A stretch of DNA of 24,000 bases from the NCBI GenBank assembly GCA_000169075.1, contig AAVT01000001.1, positions 547,201 to 571,200 on the forward strand. The letters are read 5' to 3'. Made by a program: the position numbers and the translations under genes. Origin of the DNA: a marine gamma proteobacterium HTCC2143 (GTDB taxonomy: Bacteria; Pseudomonadota; Gammaproteobacteria; Pseudomonadales; Dasaniaceae). Below, piece by piece: positions 1 through 9,137 of the stretch. How positions within the stretch are numbered: the stretch's first letter is position 1; every line of letters begins with the position of its first letter. A model generated the notes under the pieces. The model did no database searches and had not been told where the DNA came from. It worked only from the letters and a program-made list of their open reading frames with translations.

Positions 1-22
1 TCCATGGAACTCTCCGCTGTCA

Positions 23-556
23 CTAATCTTCTAATGTTTGTATCTTGATCGTTTTAGGTCTTTCTACCCAACCATCGACGCCGTTTGGTACTATTTCAAT
101 CACCGACAAATAACTTTCACCGGCTTCAACAATTTTGCCATGATTGCGGCCAACGTAATTGCCTGTCTGAATTCTATGGACACCGCCATCACCATCTTGC
201 AATAGCGCCCAGAACTGACCACCCTGCTCCAGCGTTCCGACCATTGACAAGGAATCTAGACTGAACTGTTCAAGATATTCTTTCGTTCTGTTGCTATTCG
301 GTTTCACGTTGCTATTCAATTGCATACGTGTAATTTCGCCAACGTCCACCGGCTGATCAAAGGGCCCACGCATACCGGCGGCACTATAATTAAATGCTTT
401 GTAGGCTTTAAAAACAGGAATCGGCTTTATAACGCCGACAGGTCTGGCTTTTTTCTCAGCCATAAACTCGTCTAGGTCTTGGTAGTTATCACTGGTGCAC
501 GCGGTTAATAGCAGCCCAAGTAGCAGAGGTCCCAAGAGGGAAAATTTAGGCATCAT
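23..556 (-). CDS. pilP: Type IV pilus assembly lipoprotein PilP
   Basis: The 177-aa ORF has a signal peptide ending in a lipobox (LLLGLLLTAC). It overlaps the pilO stop by 11 nt and is the fourth gene of a pilM-N-O-P series. A GGAGAG plus ATG at 5..3 (minus strand) just downstream looks like the start of pilQ. Confidence 0.85.
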   Translation of the reverse strand: MMPKFSLLGPLLLGLLLTACTSDNYQDLDEFMAEKKARPVGVIKPIPVFKAYKAFNYSAAGMRGPFDQPVDVGEITRMQLNSNVKPNSNRTKEYLEQFSLDSLSMVGTLEQGGQFWALLQDGDGGVHRIQTGNYVGRNHGKIVEAGESYLSVIEIVPNGVDGWVERPKTIKIQTLED

Positions 557-1163
557 TTTCCTCCAAGTCTTTATAGCGATAAGTTTTCGCAGTAATTTTC
601 ATGTTTAGCGTTGCGTCATCACTTTGTAGGATTTCGAAATCATGCAGCGTTACGATGCGAGGAAGGCTGGCAATACCGCTGACAAAAGTAGCGATATCAT
701 GGTAGTTACCACGCACCACTATTTGAAACGGTTTCTCCACATAAAATTCCTGAACAATCTCATTACTCAGCGTAATACTGTTGATATCAAGTCCGCTGGA
801 CAGTCCTTTATTGGTAATATCTTCCAATAATCCAGGCACCTCGGTATCGCTAGGTAACTGACTGACAAGGGCACCGAAAGACTCTTCCATCTGCACCATT
901 TGGGTTCGATAGGCATTCAAGTTAGCCGCTTGGTAGGCCTTCCTCTCAAACTCGGACCTCAAGTCCAGCTCTTTCTTTTGCTCCTGTACCAAATTCTTCT
1001 GCAAGCCTGAAACATCGTACATATAGCCGGCCACCAAAACAGCAACAAAGACGATCACCCAAACGATAACTTTAATGGCAATTGGCCACGAGCCAATGTC
1101 GTCTGCGTTGAGCTCATTGACGTCAAATTCTTTTAGTTCCTGTAGTGCGTCGCTAAAAGCCAT
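546..1163 (-). CDS. pilO: Type IV pilus inner-membrane alignment protein PilO
   Basis: The 205-aa ORF has a single N-terminal TM helix (WPIAIKVIVWVIVFVAVLVAGYMY), a coiled-coil segment, then a ferredoxin-like C-terminal region typical of PilO. It sits between pilN and pilP. Confidence 0.85.
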   Translation of the reverse strand: MAFSDALQELKEFDVNELNADDIGSWPIAIKVIVWVIVFVAVLVAGYMYDVSGLQKNLVQEQKKELDLRSEFERKAYQAANLNAYRTQMVQMEESFGALVSQLPSDTEVPGLLEDITNKGLSSGLDINSITLSNEIVQEFYVEKPFQIVVRGNYHDIATFVSGIASLPRIVTLHDFEILQSDDATLNMKITAKTYRYKDLEENDA

Positions 1164-1166
1164 CCG

Positions 1167-1732
1167 TTATTCCTCCTCGCCATCATTAGCTGCTGGCGTG
1201 CTGATACTGAATAACATATTGAACTCACTCGCCTGCTCCCCATATTCCAGCTTTTCTTTTACAGCCGTTAAGTTTGGCGATGCAAACCAGTCCGACTTGT
1301 CCACCTTCCGCATTAGACTCGATACTCTCTGATTTGACTCTGCAATTCCCTGCAACTTAATCTCATCTTTTGTTCTCACCAAGCTCATGTAGAAAACACC
1401 ATCCGGAAGCGTGCGAACCATCTCATCGAATACGCGCACGATAACAGGCCTATTGCCCTGCAGATCCTGAATAACCTTCATTCGCTCCAGCAGATCATTC
1501 TTTTTATCTTCCAGTTCTCTAATTTCTTTGACCTGTTGGTTCAATTCAGTAATTTGCTTTTTCAAATACCCATTACGGCCTTTTTGACCCTCAATGGAAG
1601 CACTGACCAAAGTGTGCATTAGCACCACCACCAGTAACGAAACACCGGCAACCACGCCAAGAGCTATGAGAAACGATTGCTTTTGTTCCTGACGGCGCTC
1701 TTCCCGCCAAGGTAATAAGTTAATAGTGGCCA

Positions 1733-1733
<1 letters not shown>
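1167..1733 (-). CDS. pilN: Type IV pilus inner-membrane alignment protein PilN
   Basis: The 188-aa ORF begins MATINLLPWREERR, the conserved INLLP(W/Y)R PilM-binding peptide. One TM helix and a coiled coil follow. Its ATG overlaps the pilM stop (TAATG). Confidence 0.9.
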
Positions 1734-2824
<1,091 letters not shown>

Positions 2825-2970
2825 TTACAGCGGACTCTTACAACTTACATTAAATATCACGTATGGCTATTACGCAAATTAATCATCATAAATAAGTGCT
2901 TATGCTTTAACACTTAGGCAAACTGACTTGAATTAAAGTATCTATATCATTTTTTTACAACTGGAAAAGT

Positions 2971-5514
2971 ATGGCACAGCTCACAAATATTGCGAAAATC
3001 GCCATTTGGCTTCTCTTGTCATCCCTGGCAGGCACGACGCTCATTTTAAGCAGCGCATACCTCTATCTTAGCCCGAACTTACCGACTGTTGAGGATCTCC
3101 GAGACGTTCGCCTGCAAACCCCGCTAAGAGTATATACCTCGGATCAAAAACTTATTGGCGAATTTGGCGAAGAGCGTCGCTTACCGATCACTTTTGACCA
3201 AATGCCGCCGCTGTTTGTCAATGCCGTTCTTGCAATTGAGGATAAGCGTTTCTATGAGCATCATGGCGTAGATATAAAAGGGTTGCTGAGAGCTGTCTCA
3301 CAACTATTGCTGACCGGAGAAAAAGGTGGCGGCGGCAGCACCATTACAATGCAAGTGGCAAAGAATTATTTCTTTAGTTTTGAAAAGAAATTTTCCCGAA
3401 AATTCAGCGAGATACTCCTTTCGTTACAAATAGAGAGAGAACTCGGTAAAAACGAGATAATGGAGCTCTACGCCAACAAAATTTTTCTCGGAAAACGTGC
3501 CTATGGATTCGAAGCTGCGGCTCAAGTTTACTATGGAAAATCTCTCCAACAGCTAAAATTGCCGCAATTTGCTATGCTTGCGGGCCTGCCTCAGCTGCCT
3601 TCTGTTGCCAATCCAATCATTAATCCGGCCAGAGCAATTCGCCGCCGTAACGTTGTTCTTGGGCGTATGCTCGAGCTCGGATTTATCGATCAGGACGCTT
3701 ATCAATTGGCGGCTGATAGCCCCGTGATTGCCAGCTATCATGGCCCAAGAATAGAACTTTCATCTCCTTACATTGCTGAAATGGTGCGCAAAGAAATGCT
3801 CACAGAGTACGGTCGAGAAGCCTACACCGCTGGGTATAGTGTTTATACCACCATCGATAGTACTCTTCAGGGTGCAGCGCAAAAGGCGGTCTTTGACGGG
3901 CTACTCAACTACGATCAAAGGCATGGTTATCGCGGGCCCGAACAGTCTGTACTGGCAGAAAACGAATGGGAGAATCGCGACTTGTGGCTGAAGAAACTGG
4001 CCAATACAGCTGATGTGAGTGGTCTAATACCCGCTATTGTCAGCGGCATAGATGAGCAGTCATTTATTGCCCTAACCCGGGACGGCAGTGAAACAGTGAT
4101 CTCCTGGGAGCATGGCCTGAAAGGGAAGCGACGCTATGAGTCGGTCGACCGCCGCAGTGGCTCGGCACAGTCGGCCAGCGACTTAGTCGCCATTGGCGAC
4201 ATGGTGCGTCTGCGGAGACGACAAGCAGGCGATTGGCACCTATCACAATTACCAGATGCGCAAGCTGCATTAGTATCGCTCGACGCTGATAATGGAGCGA
4301 TTCTCAGCCTCGTCGGAGGATTTAATTATGGCCAAAGTAAATTCAATCGCATTACTCAAGCTACCCGACAGCCCGGCTCAAACTTCAAGCCTTTTATCTA
4401 TACCGCGGCGCTTGCCAACGGCTACACCCCAGCCAGTATCATCAATGATGCACCGGTAGTATTTAAGGATGAGGGACTGGAAAGCACTTGGCGACCAACC
4501 AACTCGAGCGGCAAATTTTATGGCCCTACGCGGTTACGATCAGCTTTATTCCGATCTCAAAACTTGGTTTCGATCAGACTGCTTCGCAACCTGGGATTCA
4601 ATAGGGCTATTGACTATGTTGAGCGCTTCGGCTTTGATCCTCAGCAACTTCCCAGAGACTTGTCTCTTGCTCTGGGAAGCCATTCTGTAACGCCAATGCA
4701 GATAGTAAGCGGTTACTCCGTTCTTGCAAATGGTGGCTACAAAATAGAACCTTATTTGATTCAACGTATCGAAGATATTGACGCTCAAACTATTTTTAAT
4801 GCGACACCAGATACCGTTTGTAGAAACTGCGATGCGCAGGAACAGCCAAACTCGAAGGATAACTTGATAATAGCGGCAGACAGCGTACCAATTGACCGTG
4901 ATACTCCCGCTATCATCGATAACGATATACTACCGGTATCAACTGATACCACCGACGAACTAGCGACAATGGAGGATATTTTAAACCTACCGGAGCCAGA
5001 ACTGAGCCTACCAGAAGCGGTGCGCGTGGTTGAACCGAGAGTCGCCTATCTCATCAACAGCATGATGCGTGATGTCATTAAAAAAGGCACCGGACGCAAA
5101 GCATTAAGTCTCGGTAGAGATGATCTGGCCGGCAAAACGGGCACCAGTAATGGGCCCACTGATGCATGGTTCTCCGGTTATGGTGGTGGAGTTGTTACTA
5201 CCGCTTGGATGGGCTTTGATAAAAATGGCCTGTTAGGCAGCAACGAATACGGCGGCAAGGCAGCACTACCCATCTGGATCAATTATATGCGAGTTGCCCT
5301 AGACGGAAAACCGGAAACGCAGTTTAAGCAGCCGCAAGGCGTTGTCACTGTCAAAATCGATCCTGCGACAGGGTTGCTAGCCAAACCCGGACAAACAGGT
5401 GCGATTTTCGAAATATTTAGAGAAGAACTTGCTCCGACGGAAGAGGCGGGTATCGACGATATCACCGGGGATACCAGTGATGTCGAGGACGTTATGGTGG
5501 AGGATATTTTCTAG
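2971..5514 (+). CDS. mrcA: Penicillin-binding protein 1A (bifunctional glycosyltransferase/transpeptidase; MrcA/PonA)
   Basis: The 847-aa ORF has an N-terminal TM anchor and GT51 motifs (EDKRFYEHHGVD, GGSTITMQ). Transpeptidase motifs are present: SxxK (SNFK), SxN (SQN) and KTG (KTGT). It is divergent from pilM, as in Pseudomonas. Confidence 0.95.
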   Translation: MAQLTNIAKIAIWLLLSSLAGTTLILSSAYLYLSPNLPTVEDLRDVRLQTPLRVYTSDQKLIGEFGEERRLPITFDQMPPLFVNAVLAIEDKRFYEHHGVDIKGLLRAVSQLLLTGEKGGGGSTITMQVAKNYFFSFEKKFSRKFSEILLSLQIERELGKNEIMELYANKIFLGKRAYGFEAAAQVYYGKSLQQLKLPQFAMLAGLPQLPSVANPIINPARAIRRRNVVLGRMLELGFIDQDAYQLAADSPVIASYHGPRIELSSPYIAEMVRKEMLTEYGREAYTAGYSVYTTIDSTLQGAAQKAVFDGLLNYDQRHGYRGPEQSVLAENEWENRDLWLKKLANTADVSGLIPAIVSGIDEQSFIALTRDGSETVISWEHGLKGKRRYESVDRRSGSAQSASDLVAIGDMVRLRRRQAGDWHLSQLPDAQAALVSLDADNGAILSLVGGFNYGQSKFNRITQATRQPGSNFKPFIYTAALANGYTPASIINDAPVVFKDEGLESTWRPTNSSGKFYGPTRLRSALFRSQNLVSIRLLRNLGFNRAIDYVERFGFDPQQLPRDLSLALGSHSVTPMQIVSGYSVLANGGYKIEPYLIQRIEDIDAQTIFNATPDTVCRNCDAQEQPNSKDNLIIAADSVPIDRDTPAIIDNDILPVSTDTTDELATMEDILNLPEPELSLPEAVRVVEPRVAYLINSMMRDVIKKGTGRKALSLGRDDLAGKTGTSNGPTDAWFSGYGGGVVTTAWMGFDKNGLLGSNEYGGKAALPIWINYMRVALDGKPETQFKQPQGVVTVKIDPATGLLAKPGQTGAIFEIFREELAPTEEAGIDDITGDTSDVEDVMVEDIF

Positions 5515-5651
5515 CTTATTCAGTTGATGGCTTACAACGTGGAGCCCAGCAACGGAGTCGATAGGCTTGCTGTGAACACACTGTTAGACCGCTGAGCCGG
5601 GGGCTGTTGAATCCCTGCTCGTCGCACTTTAGGCATTAAATCAGATCGAAC

Positions 5652-7037
5652 CTATATCGCCTCCAATGCCTCGACCAGCTTTCCGACACCAATTATTTCC
5701 ATCCCCGCGATACCGCCTTTTGGCACATTAGCAGAAGGGACAATAGCTCGCTTAAATCCGTGTTTCGCCGCTTCCTGAATACGCTCCTGCCCACTAGGTA
5801 CTGGCCTAATCTCTCCGGACAGACCAACTTCTCCAAATACTACTAAATCCTGCGGTAACGGCCGATCCCGAAAACTCGAGACAATTGCTAAAAGCAGTGC
5901 CAAATCGGCACTCGTCTCAAGTACTTTAACGCCGCCAACAACATTCACAAACACATCCTGGTCACCAACTTGCAACCCCCCGTGACGATGCAACACGGCC
6001 AGTAACATCGCTAGTCGATTTTGTTCCAAGCCCACGGCAACCCTGCGCGGATTACCGAGTTGGGAGTCATCCACCAAGGCTTGGATTTCTACTAATAGGG
6101 GTCTCGTGCCCTCCCATACAACCATGACAAGACTACCTGAAGCGGGTTCGGATGTGCGCGACAGGAATATGGCTGAGGGATTTTTGACTTCCTTCAAGCC
6201 CTGTTCGGTCATTGCAAATACCCCTAGCTCATTAACTGCACCGAATCGGTTTTTTTGTCCTCGCAACGTCCTAAAACGACTATCCTCCGATCCCTCCAAC
6301 AGAATTGAACAGTCAATCATATGCTCCAGCACTTTTGGTCCCGCCAGACTGCCATCTTTAGTCACATGCCCCACCAAAAACAACACGGTACCTGTTTGTT
6401 TTGCATACCGGGTTAAATACGCAGCGCATTCGCGAACTTGGGATACACTTCCGGGTGCAGAACTCACATCTTCCGTATGTGCCACTTGGATCGAATCAAC
6501 GACTAACACCTTCGGTTTCAACAATTCCGCCTGACTACAAATAGCCTCAACACTGGTTTCTGACAACATATTTAGCTTGTTGGTAGGTAGGCCCAAACGA
6601 CGTGCTCGCATAGCAACCTGTTGCAGGGATTCCTCTCCAGTAACATAGAGCGCCGGCATAGATTCAGCCAAATAACACATGGTTTGCAGCAGCAATGTAC
6701 TCTTTCCGGCCCCAGGATGACCGCCGATAAGAATCGCAGAGCCGTGAACCAAACCCCCTCCAAGAACGCGATCAAATTCACCAGCGCCACAAGGGATCCG
6801 CGGTAAGTCTTCCAAATTTATCTGATCGAGTGTCTGTGCTTTCTGATTATTGGCAGCGCCCGCATAACCTTGAAATCGAATTTCTTTCGCGGCTGCAGAC
6901 GATGACGGTAATTTAATTTCAGTCAATGTGTTCCAGGCGCCACAATCCTTGCATTGACCTTGCCAGTTCGAGTAATCCGAACCGCAATCATTGCAAACAT
7001 AAGCCATTTTTGGTTTTGCCATTGCTTTTCCAGCCAT
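5652..7037 (-). CDS. radA: DNA repair protein RadA/Sms
   Basis: The ORF has an N-terminal C4 zinc finger (CNDCG...CKDCG), a Walker A motif (GHPGAGKST), the RadA-specific KNRFG motif and a Lon-protease-like C-terminal domain. An alternative ATG at 7022 gives MAKPKMAYVC, the usual RadA N-terminus. Confidence 0.95.
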   Translation of the reverse strand: MAGKAMAKPKMAYVCNDCGSDYSNWQGQCKDCGAWNTLTEIKLPSSSAAAKEIRFQGYAGAANNQKAQTLDQINLEDLPRIPCGAGEFDRVLGGGLVHGSAILIGGHPGAGKSTLLLQTMCYLAESMPALYVTGEESLQQVAMRARRLGLPTNKLNMLSETSVEAICSQAELLKPKVLVVDSIQVAHTEDVSSAPGSVSQVRECAAYLTRYAKQTGTVLFLVGHVTKDGSLAGPKVLEHMIDCSILLEGSEDSRFRTLRGQKNRFGAVNELGVFAMTEQGLKEVKNPSAIFLSRTSEPASGSLVMVVWEGTRPLLVEIQALVDDSQLGNPRRVAVGLEQNRLAMLLAVLHRHGGLQVGDQDVFVNVVGGVKVLETSADLALLLAIVSSFRDRPLPQDLVVFGEVGLSGEIRPVPSGQERIQEAAKHGFKRAIVPSANVPKGGIAGMEIIGVGKLVEALEAI

Positions 7038-7084
7038 TCTCTTCAGGGACTAACAGCGAATTAAAAGACTGTATGGTAGCGAGT

Positions 7085-7104
7085 TACTGTATAAATTAAC
7101 AGTG
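7085..7104. promoter_or_regulatory. Candidate LexA (SOS) box TACTGTATAAATTAACAGTG
   Basis: CTGT (7087-7090), an all-A/T 8-nt spacer, then ACAG (7099-7102). It matches 16 of 20 positions of the E. coli-type consensus TACTGTATATATATACAGTA. It lies in the 174-bp divergent region, about 50 nt upstream of the radA start and about 110 nt upstream of the 7212 start. Confidence 0.6.
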
Positions 7105-7211
7105 TCTATTTTTGCACCTACCCCCCCATGCGCTGGTAAACTAATTGATATCTAATCAACAGCGCACGATCAAAGATACACCCAGCGCGCTCAACCCTAT
7201 ACAATCTAACT

Positions 7212-8366
7212 ATGTCATCATTGATTCCAGAGCGCCCTATAGTAATCTCTCCGTCATTGGCCAATACGATTGGCCTGGAAGAGTCCGTACTGCTGCATGT
7301 GCTCAATGATATATGCTCACTAACCAATGGTGACAGCAGGCAGGGCTATCTTTGGTTCAGCATTTCAAAGGCTGATTTAGAGCGTAATATGCCGTTCTGG
7401 GATGTCGGTGAACTGCAGCGAATTAGTAAAAGCCTGAAGGATAAGGGCGTTATATTGATCGAATCACCGCCACTGCAACAAGGCGAACGCCTGTCCTTTG
7501 CAATGAATGAGACGGTGAACAGCACTGAAGCTCTTGAACGTGCTTCATCAACGACTAGGACTAAAGAGCAGGCTGTTGGTCAACGCTCCTCCGGCGCAAA
7601 CCTGCTGGCGAAAAATTGGCATCCTCCGGACGATCTGTTGCAGTTACTGGAACTTAATCACAATATCTCCAGAGATTTTGCCCTGCAACAACGTGAAGAC
7701 TTTCTGATATATTGGCAAGACCGCCAACAGGTATCGCACTCATGGCCCAGTAAATTTCGGCAACACGTGCTAAAACAATGGCGCTTTCACCAGAGTCGAG
7801 TCGCCGAGGTAGAAACGAGACAGGTGCAGTCTAACGCGTTAAATAGTAGCTGGCATCCCAGTCAGGACGCTTTAGACATTTTACACCGGGCAGATGTTAA
7901 CCCCGACTTTATTACTGACGCCATTCCCGAATTTGTTTTGTATTGGCGCGAACGCGGCGAAGCTCACAGCACCTGGAATTCAAAATTTATCGCCCACATC
8001 CGTCGACAATGGGCTATCTACACCAAAACGATGGAGCTGGATTACGAACCTAGGGAAATAGCTGCAAACTGGCAACCAAGCGAAGATGTCTACGATATAT
8101 TAAGATTGGCAAATATCGATATTGCCTTCGCCCGGGGCCTTGTTGCAGAATTTGTTCTTTTTTGGCGCGACACTCAGCAAATTCAACGTTCATGGAATAC
8201 CAAATTCTTACAACATGCCAAGTACCAGTGGGCAACACGTCATCAAATGGGTCAACACTATGCGGGACAGCAAGTCACTGATCGATCAGCTCAGTCGGAG
8301 CGTAAAACAACCTTCGAGCACCTCACCGACCGAAGCTGGGCACAAAACCTCGTCGAGGGCAGCTGA
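7212..8366 (+). CDS. Replication-associated protein: winged-helix-like N-terminus plus three tandem DnaT-C-terminal-like repeats (lambda O / DnaT-like)
   Basis: The ORF is 384 aa. Residues ~20-95 resemble the wHTH of lambda O/DnaD-type initiators (ISKADLERNMPFWDVGELQRISKSLKDKGVILIE). Three ~55-aa repeats at aa 135-190, 213-267 and 286-340 share W-x-P-x-x-D ... F-(L/V)-(I/L)-(Y/F)-W ... S-W-(P/N)-(S/T)-K-F ... Q-W. This is the pattern I recall from the C-terminal domain of E. coli DnaT. No SD is visible upstream. Confidence 0.6.
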   Translation: MSSLIPERPIVISPSLANTIGLEESVLLHVLNDICSLTNGDSRQGYLWFSISKADLERNMPFWDVGELQRISKSLKDKGVILIESPPLQQGERLSFAMNETVNSTEALERASSTTRTKEQAVGQRSSGANLLAKNWHPPDDLLQLLELNHNISRDFALQQREDFLIYWQDRQQVSHSWPSKFRQHVLKQWRFHQSRVAEVETRQVQSNALNSSWHPSQDALDILHRADVNPDFITDAIPEFVLYWRERGEAHSTWNSKFIAHIRRQWAIYTKTMELDYEPREIAANWQPSEDVYDILRLANIDIAFARGLVAEFVLFWRDTQQIQRSWNTKFLQHAKYQWATRHQMGQHYAGQQVTDRSAQSERKTTFEHLTDRSWAQNLVEGS

Positions 8367-8367
8367 G

Positions 8368-8979
8368 ATGAAAACTCCAGATTACTACCGACAAAAAGCG
8401 GCCGACAGTATACCGACTGAAGATCACGTTACTGCGATCAACCAGATGTTTACCGAATTCCAATTGGCTTATCACAACCAATTCCACAAGGCCTTTTCCG
8501 ATGATCAAAAAATCATCATGGCAAAACAGCTGTGGGCGAAAACATTAAGCGACTTATCACCTGACCGCATCATTTCTGCCACTCGCCGCGCTATTAAGGA
8601 ATCAGAGTATCTACCCACTTTACACACCATCAGAAAATTCAGCGAGCCTGTGCTAGAAGAAATGGGATTGCCTGACGCCTACAATGCCTATCTAGAAGCT
8701 TGCCGTGCAGCCACGCCAAAAATCGAGCAGCGCTGGACCCATCCGGCCATTTATCTGGCTGGCAGCGCCTCGGACTGGTTTTTTCTGGCCAATAGTATTG
8801 AAACCAGAGCGTTTCCTGTGTTCAAACGCAACTATGCGATATTGTGTGAACGGGTTATGCGGGGTGAAAGCTTGGAGCTACCTATCCACAAGGCAATCCC
8901 GGAAACTATCAATCATTCGTTATCTAACGAAGAGCGTAAAGACCGTTTGCATGCTCTGCGACAGGAGCTGGATATTTGA
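8368..8979 (+). CDS. Phage lambda P-like replication protein (putative replicative-helicase loader)
   Basis: This 203-aa ORF starts at an ATG 1 nt after the upstream TGA, with GAGGG 9 nt upstream. By hand it aligns along most of its length with lambda P as I remember it: INQMF..F, QLW, YLPTL (lambda FLPSP), GLPDAY (lambda GLPNVS), MRGESLELP (lambda NRGEAIPEP). The track ORF from 8122 is a 5' extension overlapping the previous gene. Confidence 0.6.
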   Translation: MKTPDYYRQKAADSIPTEDHVTAINQMFTEFQLAYHNQFHKAFSDDQKIIMAKQLWAKTLSDLSPDRIISATRRAIKESEYLPTLHTIRKFSEPVLEEMGLPDAYNAYLEACRAATPKIEQRWTHPAIYLAGSASDWFFLANSIETRAFPVFKRNYAILCERVMRGESLELPIHKAIPETINHSLSNEERKDRLHALRQELDI

Positions 8980-9137
8980 ACCATCGTCGAGTCTGGCGCC
9001 CATATCTCCCAGCATAAACGGCAGTATCGCCGTCCATCACCAAAGCGCGTTATAAGCCACCGTCAGCAATGGATTTTATGTGGGGAACCGCTACAATAGC
9101 AGCCTGCCTATCTTACGTATTCACAAGTAGATCACCG

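Noticed and set aside
1-5. Probable first 5 nt of pilQ on the minus strand (ATG at 5..3, preceded by GGAGAG, right after the pilP stop)
   Set aside because: Synteny makes it likely, but five nucleotides cannot support a feature call.
5515-5651. Rho-independent terminators in the convergent ponA/radA spacer, and likewise after tatC, rnb and the cyclase
   Set aside because: Only weak 4-6 bp stems were found (for example CAGCAA...TTGCTG with a 14-nt loop, and ACGTAA-CT-TTACGT at 14472-14485), without convincing GC-rich stems plus U-tracts.
6106-6534. Long antisense or out-of-frame ORFs inside well-supported genes: 642-830, 1075-1332, 2272-2499, 2487-2678, 4064-4270, 6106-6534, 9179-9661, 11225-11464, 17457-17849, 20062-20406, 21131-21712 and 23232-23444
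   Set aside because: Each lies wholly within a gene with strong family motifs on the other strand or frame. Their translations are low-complexity (Ser/Pro/Arg-rich) with no recognisable motifs or RBS, which is typical of shadow ORFs.
7121-7127. Poly-C tract (7 C) in the radA / O-like intergenic region as a phase-variation switch
   Set aside because: The tract is short for slipped-strand regulation and is not positioned between recognisable -35/-10 elements. No supporting evidence is available from a single sequence.
8122-8367. 5' extension of the lambda P-like ORF (track start 8122), and the 8705-9055 and 7118-7327 ORFs
   Set aside because: The extension overlaps the 3' end of the upstream gene by 245 nt in another frame. 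The ATG at 8368 has a GAGGG RBS and sits 1 nt after the upstream stop. The other two ORFs overlap better-supported coding or promoter sequence.
7212-8979. Interpreting the O/P-like pair as part of a prophage or genomic island
   Set aside because: No integrase, repressor, terminase or other phage genes, no tRNA and no flanking direct repeats are visible. Both neighbours (radA, ubiE) are core genes. The full genome context was not available to exclude a very degraded remnant.
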